Shown: positions 40,622-52,914 of the stretch, piece by piece
Position numbering within the stretch: the stretch's first letter is position 1
Layout: each line of letters starts with the position of its first letter
Origin: Octopus sinensis
Taxonomy: Eukaryota
Reading direction: 5' to 3'
NCBI RefSeq assembly: GCF_006345805.1
Contig: NC_043002.1
Span: forward strand, 88,846,001 to 88,910,000
Length of the DNA stretch: 64,000 nt
Position numbers and translations under genes: made by a program
Notes under the pieces: generated by a model
Seen by the model: the letters and a program-made list of their open reading frames with translations, nothing else
Database searches by the model: none
What the model was told of the DNA's origin: nothing

Positions 40622-41775
40622 GTAATTATTATATAAATATGTGTGATTTTTATCTGTATAGATATATGTATTGATGAAATTTATATTTATTGATGTAAAC
40701 TTACAGTTGCTCAAAATATTCAGAGACGTTTTAGATAATTTGAAGTTAATAGGAAAGTGTAATGCCTTAAAGTCAACACGAGCCAATGTCTACGTGATTT
40801 TGCTTGACCAGCTCGAAATAATAGAGAAATCTGCCTAAATTCGCCCCCCTACTGTTTGAAAGGGGAAAGGGCACACTAAATAGGGTAATACTTGATACAT
40901 GTTTATCTCTGAAAGAAAGAATAGAGGGTTACGTGCAAGACAACTTTGATTATAAACGTCAGCGTAGCGGACGGACAGGACGACCTTGGTTGGCATTGAA
41001 ATATGTGCACGTTGAGCTTCAGATTTAATTATTGGAAAATGAAGTAATTAAGTAAATAAGAATTGTTAAATATTTTTTTCTTGTGACACCATTACATACA
41101 TGATCGTTTCTCCACCTTTTATTTCATATTTTTCTTATCAAGTTTATTTGAATGGTCTTCCTGTTTAAACCATATCTTTCGACATTGACTTACCTGTTTA
41201 GCAAGATTTACTTATCGTCCAAGTGAATGTCCTTTATTCACATCATAAAATTATTCCCCGGCAAGGAAATCATTAGTTGAAGCTGTAATGCACAACTCAA
41301 TTAACTCACCACTAAATTATTTGTCAGGTCTTCTAGTTAAAGCATACAAAAATACTTATTGTAAATAGTTCATCACACTTTTCGAAAGCTTTTTTACCCT
41401 CCACCTTATCTGAATATTTATCTTAAGTGTATTTTCAAATATTTCTTAATGATGCTAATTAATGCCGTTTGTTTCAGGAAGGAAATGTTACGTTCATAAA
41501 TTAAAACGCCAGTCCCCACCCCCATAATACAACCGTAAAACTCAACAGAAAATACAAAGAGAAATAATGTCAACAAATACGAATGTTTTTAAATTTCTAA
41601 TGAATGTGCACACTTAATTATATTTTATTTTTAAGTAGGTTGGAGGTGACACCACTAAATTCTTGTATAGGCGATGAAACATTCTTTAAGATAATCTGGT
41701 AGAGTCACTACTACATTTCTATCAAACAATACTATCAATATTTCGTTTTTGGATTTGGTTTGCAAGACCCTTTAT

Positions 41776-42028
41776 GAGAGTCATTCTCTTTTAGTGCCTT
41801 ATTATTTAACACACTCACCGGTAAAATTTCCACTTGTTTCTATTTTCTAAAATTTTCGTTGCGTCTTGCAACCGTTTCAGTAGTCTTGACTTAAAAATAA
41901 TGGACAGAGTCAAGACTTGAAAAGGTTGCAAGTCGCAACGAAAATTTTAGAAAATAGAAATAAGAAATAAGTGGAAGTTTTACCGGTGAGTGTATTAAAT
42001 AATAAGGCACTAAAAGAGAATGTCTCTC
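41776..42028. mobile_element. Palindromic MITE (about 110-bp inverted arms) in COX7A intron 1
   Basis: GAGAGTCATTCTCTTTTAGTGCC...CACTCACCGGTAAAA mirrors TTTTACCGGTGAGTG...GGCACTAAAAGAGAATGTCTCTC. Confidence 0.85.
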
Positions 42029-42658
42029 CCCAGACACAACAGAATACTATCAATATTAAATATAGATTTTTTATTTATAAAATCTTATTTCTATACCGTA
42101 ATATGAAGGATTGTCATTAATGTAATCCTATTGAGACAAGGCTGGTGTTTCCTTAATTCCATTAAAGTGGGGAAAATCTTTATCCCATAATTGAAGGGCC
42201 GAAGGTCATTGATTTAGAAGTGTATATAAATACACTTCTAAATCTATTACCCAAAATTATTGACTAAAATATCGTTTCTGTTGCACATTTCTACACTGTT
42301 CTTTTATGAACTTCTTTAGTCACAAAATCTTACCCTCCTGTGCAACAGAAGTGGGCAAAGTCAAACGCATTTAATGCGATTTACGTTTAAAGGGAGACAA
42401 TTATTGTTTAGGCTTAAATTTTGTGCTTTAAATAGGTGTGACAATAAATGTATTTCCTTGTTACATTATCAACGCAATGACGCTATCTCTTGTAAAAGAA
42501 AGCAACCAATAAATCAAGGTGTTATCTAATTTGACATGTAATTTTGATTAAATACTATTCGGCTGATCTTCATATCTGCTAGAGTAGCCATGGGAAAAAA
42601 GAGTATTTTGTCTTTTTGATCACTAATGATTTGATCTTCATTGTAAAATGCAAGACGC

Positions 42659-43042
42659 GGATCTTTTCGGTTTGAACGGCAGTTTTTTCTAGCGGTGTCA
42701 TATGAAATTGCCACCCATAATTATGACCCTAGTATCGATCTATTGCATTTCAATCTATTTTAGGGTTAGCGGGGAGGGTATCTTTTTTTCTTTACAAATG
42801 TAAAATCTGTTTCTTAAACGAGGGACATATTCATACGGCACAGAATGTTTTTTACCTCAATAGACGTATTTGATTGGTTGAAATTGAAAAAAACAACAAA
42901 TATCTTACAAACTATAGAATTTTCTCAACAAAGCCAAGAGAAAAAGATGTTTTATAAACTCATTCTACCAGTATACGAAGTTTAAAATTTTTTAGTTACC
43001 TAGAAATTATGTTAAAAACTGCCGTTCAAACCGAAAAGATCT
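42659..43042 (-). mobile_element. hAT-type MITE, same family as 28395, inverted orientation
   Basis: Same TIR and reverse-complement body; no TSD recognisable. Confidence 0.85.
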
Positions 43043-43549
43043 AGAAATAATTGACTGTTGTTGACTTCAGTATGTGAACAAATTTAGTTGGATATTGTTA
43101 AACAAAAGAATTATAAGACAACAGAACTTGTAGAGACATCTAACTAAATGGAAAGTTATGTGACCAAAATGAAAATTTCCATGCAATAATTCTTGGTAAT
43201 ATTCCACTGGGTACCCAATGGCAAACTTTCAAAACTTTTGTCCTTTTTTTTTTTCAAAATTTTTGTCTTTCCACCCCACCCTCTCAACTATATCTGTACA
43301 GCTATATCACAGGCATTGATGTGGTTTGCTTTGCAACCACATAGCCATGGTTTCAGTTTCAGTCCCACTGCATGGTACCTTAACCAAGTGTCTTCTGTAT
43401 TTCCAGGCTGACTTAATCCTTGTGAGTGGATTTGGTTGATGGAAACTAAAAGAAAAATTTTGTGTGTGTGTGCTTATTTATTCATGTTGTTTTAAATTAA
43501 TCATGCATTATCTTGTAGCTTTGATGTTTCAGTGATCTGATTATTTACT

Positions 43550-43919
43550 GGATCTTTTCAGTTTGAACGGCAGTTTTTAACTTAATTTCTAAGTAACTAA
43601 AAAATTTTAAACTTCATATACTGGTAGAATGTGTTTATAAAACATCTTTTTTCTTGGCTTTATTGAGAAAATTCTATAGCTTGTAAGAAATTTGTTGTTG
43701 TTTTTTCTTCAATTTCTGCAATTTCAACCAATCAATGACGTCCATTGAGGTAAAAAAAAACATTCTGTGCCGTATGAATATGTCCCTCGTTTAAGAAGCA
43801 GATTGGGTTTATTTACATTTGTGAAGAAAAAAAGATACCCTTCCCCCCACTCCTAACCTATGGGTGACAATTTCATATGACACCGCTAGAAAAAACTGCC
43901 GTTCAAACCGAAAAGATCC
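43550..43919 (+). mobile_element. hAT-type MITE, same family
   Basis: TIRs plus an 8-bp TSD TATTTACT/TGTTTACT (1 mismatch). Confidence 0.88.
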
Positions 43920-44254
43920 TGTTTACTTTTAGAATGATTTCATACAATAGGTGTGAGAGGCCAGATCTGGCTGATTTGAACATAAAACGGATGGAACATT
44001 TGGGCTGGATATAGCTGATTTAAATGTGAAAGGGTTGATATTGATTTCCAATTTTGGCACAAGGCCAGCAATTTGCGACCTCAGTAGAATTTGAACTCGA
44101 AATGTAAAGACCAATGAAATGCTGCTTAAATGCATGTTTAATAAATTAGAGAATTTTTTTTTGTTTGTTTCTTATTTTCCCTATTACTTTGTTACTTCAA
44201 AATTGTATTTCATTTCTAAATTTGAATTTGTTCTTTTTTTTTGGTTTGCTCTAG

Positions 44255-44362
44255 TGTTTGTTTAATAGCTTGAGAACACCACTTGGAACTAAGATTAATA
44301 GTGGAGTTGTTCCAAACACTAATATTTACAAGAAAGTACAAGACCTTCAAACTCAATTCCTT
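44255..44362 (+). CDS. COX7A: COX7A-family exon 2 (CLFNSLRTPLGTKINSGVVPNTNIYKKVQDLQTQFL)
   Basis: Polypyrimidine tract + CTAG acceptor, GTAAGT donor, 108 nt phase 0/0. KKVQDLQTQFL matches the family NKVxExQKxFQ motif. Confidence 0.88.
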
Positions 44363-46024
44363 GTAAGTATCAGCTACTCATTAGCCATTTAATATTTTAG
44401 CATTCTAGCTTGTTCAGTATTTAAATGGAATACGTTTTTGTAGATTCACTCAATATGGTGTTAATAAAATTAAATTGAAAACATTCTTGTTAAGGGTCTA
44501 GATGAGTACACACTTCTTTCATCATCATTTAACATCCATTTGCCATGTTAGCATGAGTTAGACAGTTTGACAGATATCCAGAAAGCAACAAGATTGTGTT
44601 TGAACTCCAATGTCAGCTTTGGCTAGGTATCTACAGCTATGTCTTTCTTAACACCAACCACTTTACAAAGTATTGGGTATTTTCTTTCCTGCCACTGGCC
44701 CTAGTGAGGTTGCCAAATAACTTGCAAGACAGATCAGGGTAAAAGGTAAAAAAAAAATTTTTTTTTTAAATCTTCACTACTAAGAGGGTTGTATTTGAGA
44801 ATGGAATGTGAAAGTGGGTGGCTTGATGCCAGGTGTTGAGAGGCTAAAGTATGATAGACAGACAAGCACAGGTGTCTTGGTATAGGGGAGATACATGGCT
44901 GATGAAGATTAAAGGAAGCAGTGGGTACTAGAGCAAACTGTCAAGGTACAAGAAGGTGAGTATCAAGAGAGAATACAAACAAACAAACAGTGGGTCATTG
45001 GAGGGGATGAAAGAGTGGATACTTTCACAAGAGTGTGAGGCAGAAGTTACAGGTGATTAAATAAATGCTCAAATATGAGTTAAGAATTGACGTAATCTTA
45101 TTTCATTTTATTATGTCTGGCGTGTTTATTATGTATAATACAGCCAGTCATCATCATCATCGTTTAGCATCCGCTTTCCATGCTAGCATGGGTTGGACGG
45201 TTCAACTGGGGTCTGGGAAGCCAGAAGGCTGCACCAGGCTCCAGTCTAATCTGGCAGTGTTTCTACAGCTGGATGACCTTCCTAACGCCAACCACTCCGT
45301 GAGTGTAGTGGGTGCTTTTTACATGCCACCAGCACAGGTGCCAGATGAGGCTGGTAAACGACCATGATCAGATGGTGCTTTTTACGTGCCACTGGCACAG
45401 AGGCCAGTCGGGGCGGCGCTGGCAACGGCCACGTTTGGATGGTTCTCTTACGTACCACCGGCACTGGTATCACAGCTACAATTTCCATTGAATTTGATCG
45501 ATTTTGATTTCGTCACTCATAAACGAGTATGTTTTAGTAATATTTATTATGCTTTCACTGATTATCTTGGGTGCTTCTATAGTTGCAAGTAGACATTGTC
45601 ACCTTGGTCCTCTTACCTTTGAAATAGTGAAGCATCCAGGATATGATAGCTGGAAGGAGGGACAGCTGCACTGGCACACCAACTGATACTCATAGTTGAG
45701 TAGACAGGAGCTATGTGAAATGAGGTACCTTGCTTAAGAAGACAATGCACCATTTGATCCTGGAATTCAACCCATGACCTTGTGATCATAAGCCAAATAT
45801 CCTAACCACTATGCCACATGCCAATTGTATTTTTACCAAATTACCATCAATATGGTGACATGAGATGATAGTGTCTGCAACACATCTACAAGTATCTTAA
45901 TCTTACTGTTTCATTCTTGAAACTCTGTGAACTTCTGTTTTAATCCTTTATATGCTTGTATCTCTTTTGCATAAATCTACCAATACCTTTAAAGCTTTGT
46001 TGTTTTGGAGGGTTCTGTTACTCT

Positions 46025-46220
46025 TTACTCTTTTACTTGTTTCAGTCATTTGACTGCGGCCATGCTGGAGCACCGCCTTTAGTCGATCAAATCGCCCCCG
46101 GGACTTATTCTTTGTAAGCCCAGTACTTATTCTATCGGTCTCTTTTGCCGAACCGCTAAGTGACGGGGACGTAAACACACCAGCATCGGTTGTCAAGCAA
46201 TGCTAGGGGGACAAACACAG

Positions 46221-46281
<61 letters not shown>

Positions 46282-46445
46282 TACGACAGGCTTCTTTCAG
46301 TTTCCGTCTACCAAATCCACTCACAAGGCATTGGTCGGCCCGGGGCTATAGCAGAAGACACTTGCCCAAGATGTCACGCAGTGGGACTGAACCCGCAACC
46401 ATGTGGTTGGTTAGCAAGCTACTTACCACACAGCCACTCCTGCGC
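46025..46445 (-). mobile_element. SINE family A copy in COX7A intron 2
   Basis: Complete module in reverse orientation. Confidence 0.85.
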
Positions 46446-48049
46446 CTATTAGTTTTGTTTTTTTTGGGTTTTTTTGCATTCATCCATTGTCAAAAGTTTA
46501 TCCTACATCATCAAGAGACCAAACTCTGTTCCCTTTGACTTCTTGTTTTAGAAATGCATCTATTGTTTGTGCTTCCTTTTGATTGAGTATCATCCTTTTT
46601 ATAGTCCCTTCTTTGTTTCCAGCATATGTAGCAGTCCTCAAAGCTTCTTCCACCTCTAAATCTATCAATTATTATACTTTTAGTGACCTTTCAGTTTGTG
46701 GCTTCATGTCAGATGTTCATCTCGTCCACCTAAATTTTTATTCCCTGTAGCATAGACTTTATAATAAAATCTAAATACTAAATACACGAGTTTCTACTAG
46801 ACTTTAGTTGACCCCTGAAATTAACAGATCCTTTAGTGTTAGCTTGTTCACCATTGGTTCAACTTCAGTTTACTCTCTAAGTTTCAAAGTTGTACTGTTC
46901 TTCAACAGCGCCTGAAGAGAAAAGATGTGTACATTAAATTTTTCATTGATTCCATTGATTTTTCTGACTTTGCATGCACCACTCTTATGTATAACCTAAA
47001 GTTGGTTATGAATGCAGTAAAATAAACTGTGGTGTATAAACCTTGTTTAACAATTTTTTTGTCAAAATCATCATCATCGTTTAACGTCCGCTTTCCATGC
47101 TAGCATGGGTTGGACGGTTCAACCGGGATCTGGGAAGCCAGAAGGCTGCACCAGGCTCCAGTCTGTTCTGGCAGTGTTTCTACAGCTGGATGACCTTCCT
47201 AATGCCAACCACTCCATGAGTGTAGTGGGTGCTTTTTACGTACCAGGCAAGGCTGGCAATGGCCACAATTGGATTGGTGCTTGACGGAAGCCAGTCAAGG
47301 TGGCGCTGGCATTGGCCATGTTCGGATGGTGCTTTTTACATGCCACCGGCACAGGGATCACAACTACAATTTCCATTGATTTTTGATGTTGATGTACTTA
47401 AAAATGTTATTCCTTACAAAATCTTTTTGTAGCTAAAAATGTAAAATGTGAATAACTGTATCATTGAAAACCAGATTGCATCTCCTCTAAACTCACTATA
47501 TCTTGTCTGGCTCTATGTACATTTGGTCAAGGAATATGTAATTCCTTCTTTCTCCCTCTATTATCTCACTTTGTTTATGTAGGTGTTAATAATGGTACTA
47601 TCCTACTGTTTAGTAGTTAATCATGATATTGTCTTACTTAACACTGTTGAGTCAGTGACTAATGTTACATAAAGCATTGGTACAGGTATAGCTGTGTGGT
47701 TAAGTTTGTTTTGTAGTTATGTGGACTCGGGTTCAATCCCATAGTGTGATACCTTGAGCAAGTGTATTCAGATTGTCCAGGATGTTGTGAGTGGAATGTG
47801 GCAGAAGGAAACTGCAGAAACCCTTCATGTGTCTGTGTGTGTAATTTGAAAGGCAAGGTTTTGTCAAAAGTCTCATATATTGAGTTCTGTATCGTTCAGT
47901 TAATGTTCTGTTTTGTTGTTTTTGATTTGTAGTCTAAAAACACATACATAATGTGTGAATATTTATACTAGGGTGTCAAGTAGCTTCCCTTATATTAGAA
48001 GGCAACTTAGCCATAAATAGAGATCAATAACACAAGTAACAAGATCAGT

Positions 48050-48395
48050 AGGAGTGGCTGTGTGGCAAGTAGCTTGCTTACCAACCACATTGTTCCGGGT
48101 TCAGTCCCACTGTGTGGCACCTTGGGCAAGTGTCTTCTGCTATTGCCTCGGGCCGACCAAAGCCTTGTGAGTGGATTTGGTAAACAGAAACTGAAAGAAG
48201 CCCGTCATATATATGTATATATATGTGTGTGTGTGTGTGTGTTTGTATGTCTGTATTTACGTCCCCGTAACTTAGCAGTTCGGCAAAAGAGACCGAGAGA
48301 ATAAGTCCTGGGGTAGATTTGCTCAACTAAAGGCGGTGCTCCAGCATGGCTGCAGTCAAATGACTGTAAAAAAAAAAAAGAATAAAAGAGTATGA
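48050..48395 (+). mobile_element. SINE family A copy in COX7A intron 2
   Basis: Complete module on +, inverted relative to 46025-46445. Confidence 0.85.
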
Positions 48396-49110
48396 TAAAC
48401 TAAACTCTTTTAAAACAGTGCCCAGGTATTGCTGCAATTAAATGGCCAAAACCATTAAAAGAATAAAATGTTAAAGCTTGCATTACCTCAGTTAATTTCT
48501 TCCTGAAGAATCTGCAACTTTCTTAATGACTTCATACCTTTTCCTTTATTCATTATCTTCATATGATTTCTTCACTCATTGACTATTTTTTTTTCCTTGT
48601 CACACAAAGTATATCTACCCAAAATCAATTTAGACATACTTCTAAATATATATACACATATATATACATATCATCATCATCATCATCATCATCGTTTAGC
48701 GTCCGCTTTCCATGCTAGCATGGGTTGGACGGGTCAACTGGGGTCTGTGAAGCTGGAAGGCTTCGTCAGGCCCAGTCAGATCTGGCAGTGTTTCTATGGC
48801 TGGATGCCCTTCCTAACGCCAACCACTCCGCGAGTGTTGTGGGTGTTTTATATATATATATATTATATATATATATATATAAATAGTCCAACCCATGCTA
48901 GCATGGAAAGCGGACGTTAAATGATGATGATGATGATGATGAAATAAATAAATAGATGAGTGTATTTTTACCTTGTTAACAATTAACATGGAAAAATAAA
49001 TAAATAGTTACCAGGGCAGCAAAAATCTCACAAGTAATAGCGTTCTGTCTATTGCTATACAAATCCATTTTTTGCTAAAATGTCGTATTGACGAGTTTCG
49101 TTTTTTTTTT

Positions 49111-49196
49111 ACTTTCCCGAAGAGAAGATTGCATTGTTTATACCATTTATTCTTTTGAATAGTATCAGTGGAATTTTCGAAACATGTGTCGAAAGT
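49111..49196 (+). ncRNA. Type I hammerhead ribozyme motif with a U4C substitution, within a repeat at about 48945-49245
   Basis: Stem I ACTTTC/GAAAGT, core CCGAAGA, stem II GAAGA/TTTTC, GAAA, stem III ACA-TG-TGT, GTC triplet at 49188-49190. Confidence 0.65.
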
Positions 49197-49706
49197 AAAA
49201 ATATTTGTTTACACCTGCGTTAACTCCATTTTTTATTCATATATATATATATATATATATATACATACATACACACACACACACCAAGATGAAATTGGTC
49301 TGTGTAATCAAAGACATTTAAATATTAAGTTAATGATCTTTAAAAACATTGTGTGTGTGTGTAAATATATATATATATATACACACACACATATTCACAG
49401 ACATGCACTCACATACAAGATGTTCATAAATTATCTCTGCAACTTCTACAATTTATTGTATTATATCATCTGGATGTTTTGTGTTCACATGGAAGTGTTC
49501 TGATATTTCTAATAAAACTGTTTGCTATTAAACTCTGCTAAGTTATCCTTAGCTCTCTCTCTCTCTCTCTCTCTCTCTTCTATATTTTTCACACTGCAAC
49601 AGTAATTTATGAACACTTTGAATGCGTGTGTATGTATGTGATCATTCTTTGCTTGGATTACTTACCTTACCTTATTCTAATTTTGTTTTCTTATTCTGTT
49701 TTGTAG

Positions 49707-49853
49707 CGCGATGATGGATTGTTAGTTTGGCAAAAGCGTGGCACTCGAGATCGATTTATGTACTATTTCTCTCTGGCTCTCATGGCTTCTGGTGGTTTAC
49801 TGTCTGCACATATTCTGTACAGGATGTCTTTTGGAATAAAAGATGGAAAATAG
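49707..49853 (+). CDS. COX7A: COX7A-family exon 3 (RDDGLLVWQKRGTRDRFMYYFSLALMASGGLLSAHILYRMSFGIKDGK*)
   Basis: Strong acceptor TTCTGTTTTGTAG. The xDDG...KxG..D..(L/M)Y + single TM helix + MSF pattern matches COX7A (PF02238). TAG at 49851-49853. Confidence 0.9.
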   Translation, partial: RDDGLLVWQKRGTRDRFMYYFSLALMASGGLLSAHILYRMSFGIKDGK

Positions 49854-49920
49854 TCACAGAACTAATGAACTAGTAATTCATCTTTTTTTTTTTTTTTTTA
49901 ACTAATTGTACTAAAATGTG

Positions 49921-49926
49921 AATAAA
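49921..49926 (+). terminator. Polyadenylation signal AATAAA of COX7A
   Basis: About 70 nt after the stop codon, followed by T-rich sequence. Confidence 0.6.
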
Positions 49927-50065
49927 TTAGTACTATTCTTTTGTAGTTTGATTTTATTTATATAGTTTTCCCAAATGTGTGTGGAGGTTTGATTAAAACT
50001 TAAATATGTCTACTTCTTTCACCAGATGGTTTTAATGACCGGATCCACTTCCATACTGTATTTTC

Positions 50066-50467
50066 GGATCTTTTCGGTTTGAATGGCAGTTTTTAACATA
50101 ATTTCTAGGTAACTAAAAAATTTTAAACTTCGTATACTGGTAAAATGTGTTTATAAAACATCTTTTTCTCTTGGCTTTATTTAGAAAATTCTATAGTTTG
50201 TAAGATATTTGTTTTTTTTCTTCAATTTCAACCAATCAGTGACATCTATTGAGTTAAAAAGCATTCTGTGCCGTATGAATATGTCCCTCGTTTAAGAACA
50301 AGATTGAGTTTATTTACATTTGTGAAGAAAAAAAGATACCCTTCCCCCTACCCTAACTAACCCTAAAACAGATTGAAATGCAATAGATCAATACTAGGGT
50401 CATAATTATGGGTGACAATTTCATATGACACCGCTAGAAAAAACTGCCATTCAAACCGAAAAGATCC
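50066..50467 (+). mobile_element. hAT-type MITE, same family
   Basis: TIRs plus a perfect 8-bp TSD GTATTTTC. Confidence 0.9.
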
Positions 50468-51194
50468 GTATTTTCTACATTTAGCAAAAAATTCCAAAAA
50501 TTGCTTGATGTCATTGAGGTTATCTATCATGCAGAGAAATTTTATCTATAACTGCATAGATAAGTTTAGTTAATCAAAATTTTTCCATTTGTTATGTTAT
50601 AATGCAAGATTTTACTATATTCTTATTATCACAGGAGACTTAGAGATAGACCAAGAATGAATTGGTTGGGTAATGTCCATAACCTCAGTTGGCCACACTT
50701 GGGAATCCAACCAGGAAAATGTAATGATGATTGCTTCTGATAGGACCCTATGAAGGAGCTGCCTGGGGTCTCTATCTCTGTGACCTTCAAAGGAATAGTA
50801 GCAGAGAAGATGAATGGATAAATAAATTTTTTTTTGTTTTTAACAGTAAATGAAATTTACTCTGCAACTAAAAACTCTAGTATTTATAATTGCTTTCTCT
50901 GCTGATAGAAAAACATGATAATGAACTTGGTCCACAGTTTAACATAGAAAATGTAAGGCTGAGTAGAGCCTCTGTCAAATTAGCATTCTGCTAACATCCA
51001 GTCTTCTTTTCTACTGAATTATTTCTAGGCTATCCATGTTATTAAGCCATCTTAGCTTCTCCTTATTCAAGACAACCCACTTCACATCATCCTTCTACAC
51101 CAGACATTCTGGTACTTCAAATATCCATCATACTTGCTTATCTCAATATTTCCTCCTGCTTTTTCTCTTTCCTTTTTTTTTTTTAGCCACTTAA

Positions 51195-51416
51195 CCCTTT
51201 TGATACCAACCCGGCCAAAACCGCCTCTGGCTCTGTAGTACAAATGTCCTACTTTCATAAGTATCGAATTAAAATCTTCCACCAAACCTTAGTCACAATT
51301 TATGTTCCCAACACTAGTTTAATGATAACTAAGTTCTTTCACTAAATTCTTTGTTATATTTAAAATTAACTGAATGAAACACAGAGCATCTCAAAATAAA
51401 TACGGTAAAGAAAGGG
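51195..51416. mobile_element. piggyBac-type MITE (different body from 26153)
   Basis: TTAA|CCCTTT ... AAAGGG|TTAA. Confidence 0.8.
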
Positions 51417-52914
51417 TTAAGACAGGTAAGAATAGTGCCCATTACCCTTTATTTTTTTCTTCTTCAGAGCCTCCAATTTAAGTGGGAGGAAGTTAACCTC
51501 AAATTAGAAACTTGGTCTAATCATTTGCAACACATTGAACTTTGTTAAAAGCACCCAACACCCAGATAACAGTGTTAAGCAGGGTAATGAATTAAAGTCA
51601 ATCATCTAAGAACTTAAAACCAGAAGAATTAGTACTACAAGACTCTGATAATTGCACCAGTCTGCCACCTTGTTCTAGTGCTTTATTTTTTTAACTCCCA
51701 AAAGAATAGAAGGCTAAGTTTACCTCGACAGGATTTGAACTCATGAAAAATTCAGCAAATCATTTTATTGTACACTCCAATAACTCATCCCATTTCACTG
51801 AACATTTTGATACTTCAAATTTTTTATTCAGCTGTAGAAACCAAACCAAAACAGATTGGAACCTGGTGAGGGCCCCTGGCCTTGCTAGGTGTCCAACCCA
51901 GCGAATGTTTGGTGATTATTGATGATATACATATTGCTTACATTACAAAGATCAGGTGTGACCAATGGCTGAATACTGTTCCAATAACTGGAGCATTGCT
52001 ATTGGTACACACATTAGCATTCTAGACGGCATCTAAAAGCAAGTGACCATCTAGCTAATTAAAAAAAGATTTACTCAATACCATGCTACAACCAATTGTC
52101 CTTGGAGGGTCTGTTTCTTCCATTTTTTTTTGCTACCATTGCTATAACAGACTCTGCTCTTCTGATCATCCAGTGGAACAGGAAGCTACACATTTGTGCA
52201 ACATGCCTACCATTTAGATCAGTAGTTCCCAAACTTTATCAGGCTGCCACCCCCTTGACACACATGCCACATTCCTTGCGCCCTCCCCCTTTCAGCACCA
52301 CAAACAAGAGTGTTCATACACAACACTCTTAAAAGGAAAGGAAAGGTTGAATCAGCCTTTTAATAATACTATTTCTTTGCATGATTTTCTTAAACTTCCA
52401 GATCCTTCATCTGTTCATTTATTTAACATCCATTTTTTTCAAGCAAGTATGCATTTGGGACTGAGAGAGAGACTTAGTTGAAATAGGAATTTCTGGAATA
52501 GGCATCGGTGTATCAGTGCAGCTAAGAATCTTGCTTCTTGACCATGTCGTTTAGTCTCCTGTGAGGTACCTCATGGAGGTGTCTTCTATTATAGCCCTGG
52601 ACCAACCAAAGCCATGTGGATGGATTTGGTAGATGGAATCTGAAAGAAGTCCTTTGTTTTGACATCATGTGATGATTGTAAATGAAAATCAATGTCATAT
52701 AAGCAGTGTTGTTTGTTTTCAGTACTTCCATGAAAAACATATCTGCTCTTGGGGAAATATCACCTTGCTTCGAACCTGGTGAAATTTGATGACAGGAATA
52801 CTATCCACGTGAAGAAAAACTACCTCAACAAATTCCAAATTCGTCTGATCCATACAAGCATAGAAAAGTGGATATTAAGCAATGACGATGTTCTTGTTAC
52901 CAACTCTTTCAAAT

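Noticed and set aside
41039-41043. Alternative COX7A first exon ATG AA|GTAATT, in frame with a second acceptor at 44268 (MNLRTPLG...)
   Set aside because: The phase fits, but the acceptor is a weak downstream AG and the region is partly repeat-derived. The 40607 exon gives a better presequence and promoter. Needs RNA evidence.
50635-50820. Acceptor-like site followed by RLRDRPRMNWLGNV
   Set aside because: Resembles the GRPR..W C-terminus of an RTE LINE, not a host exon.
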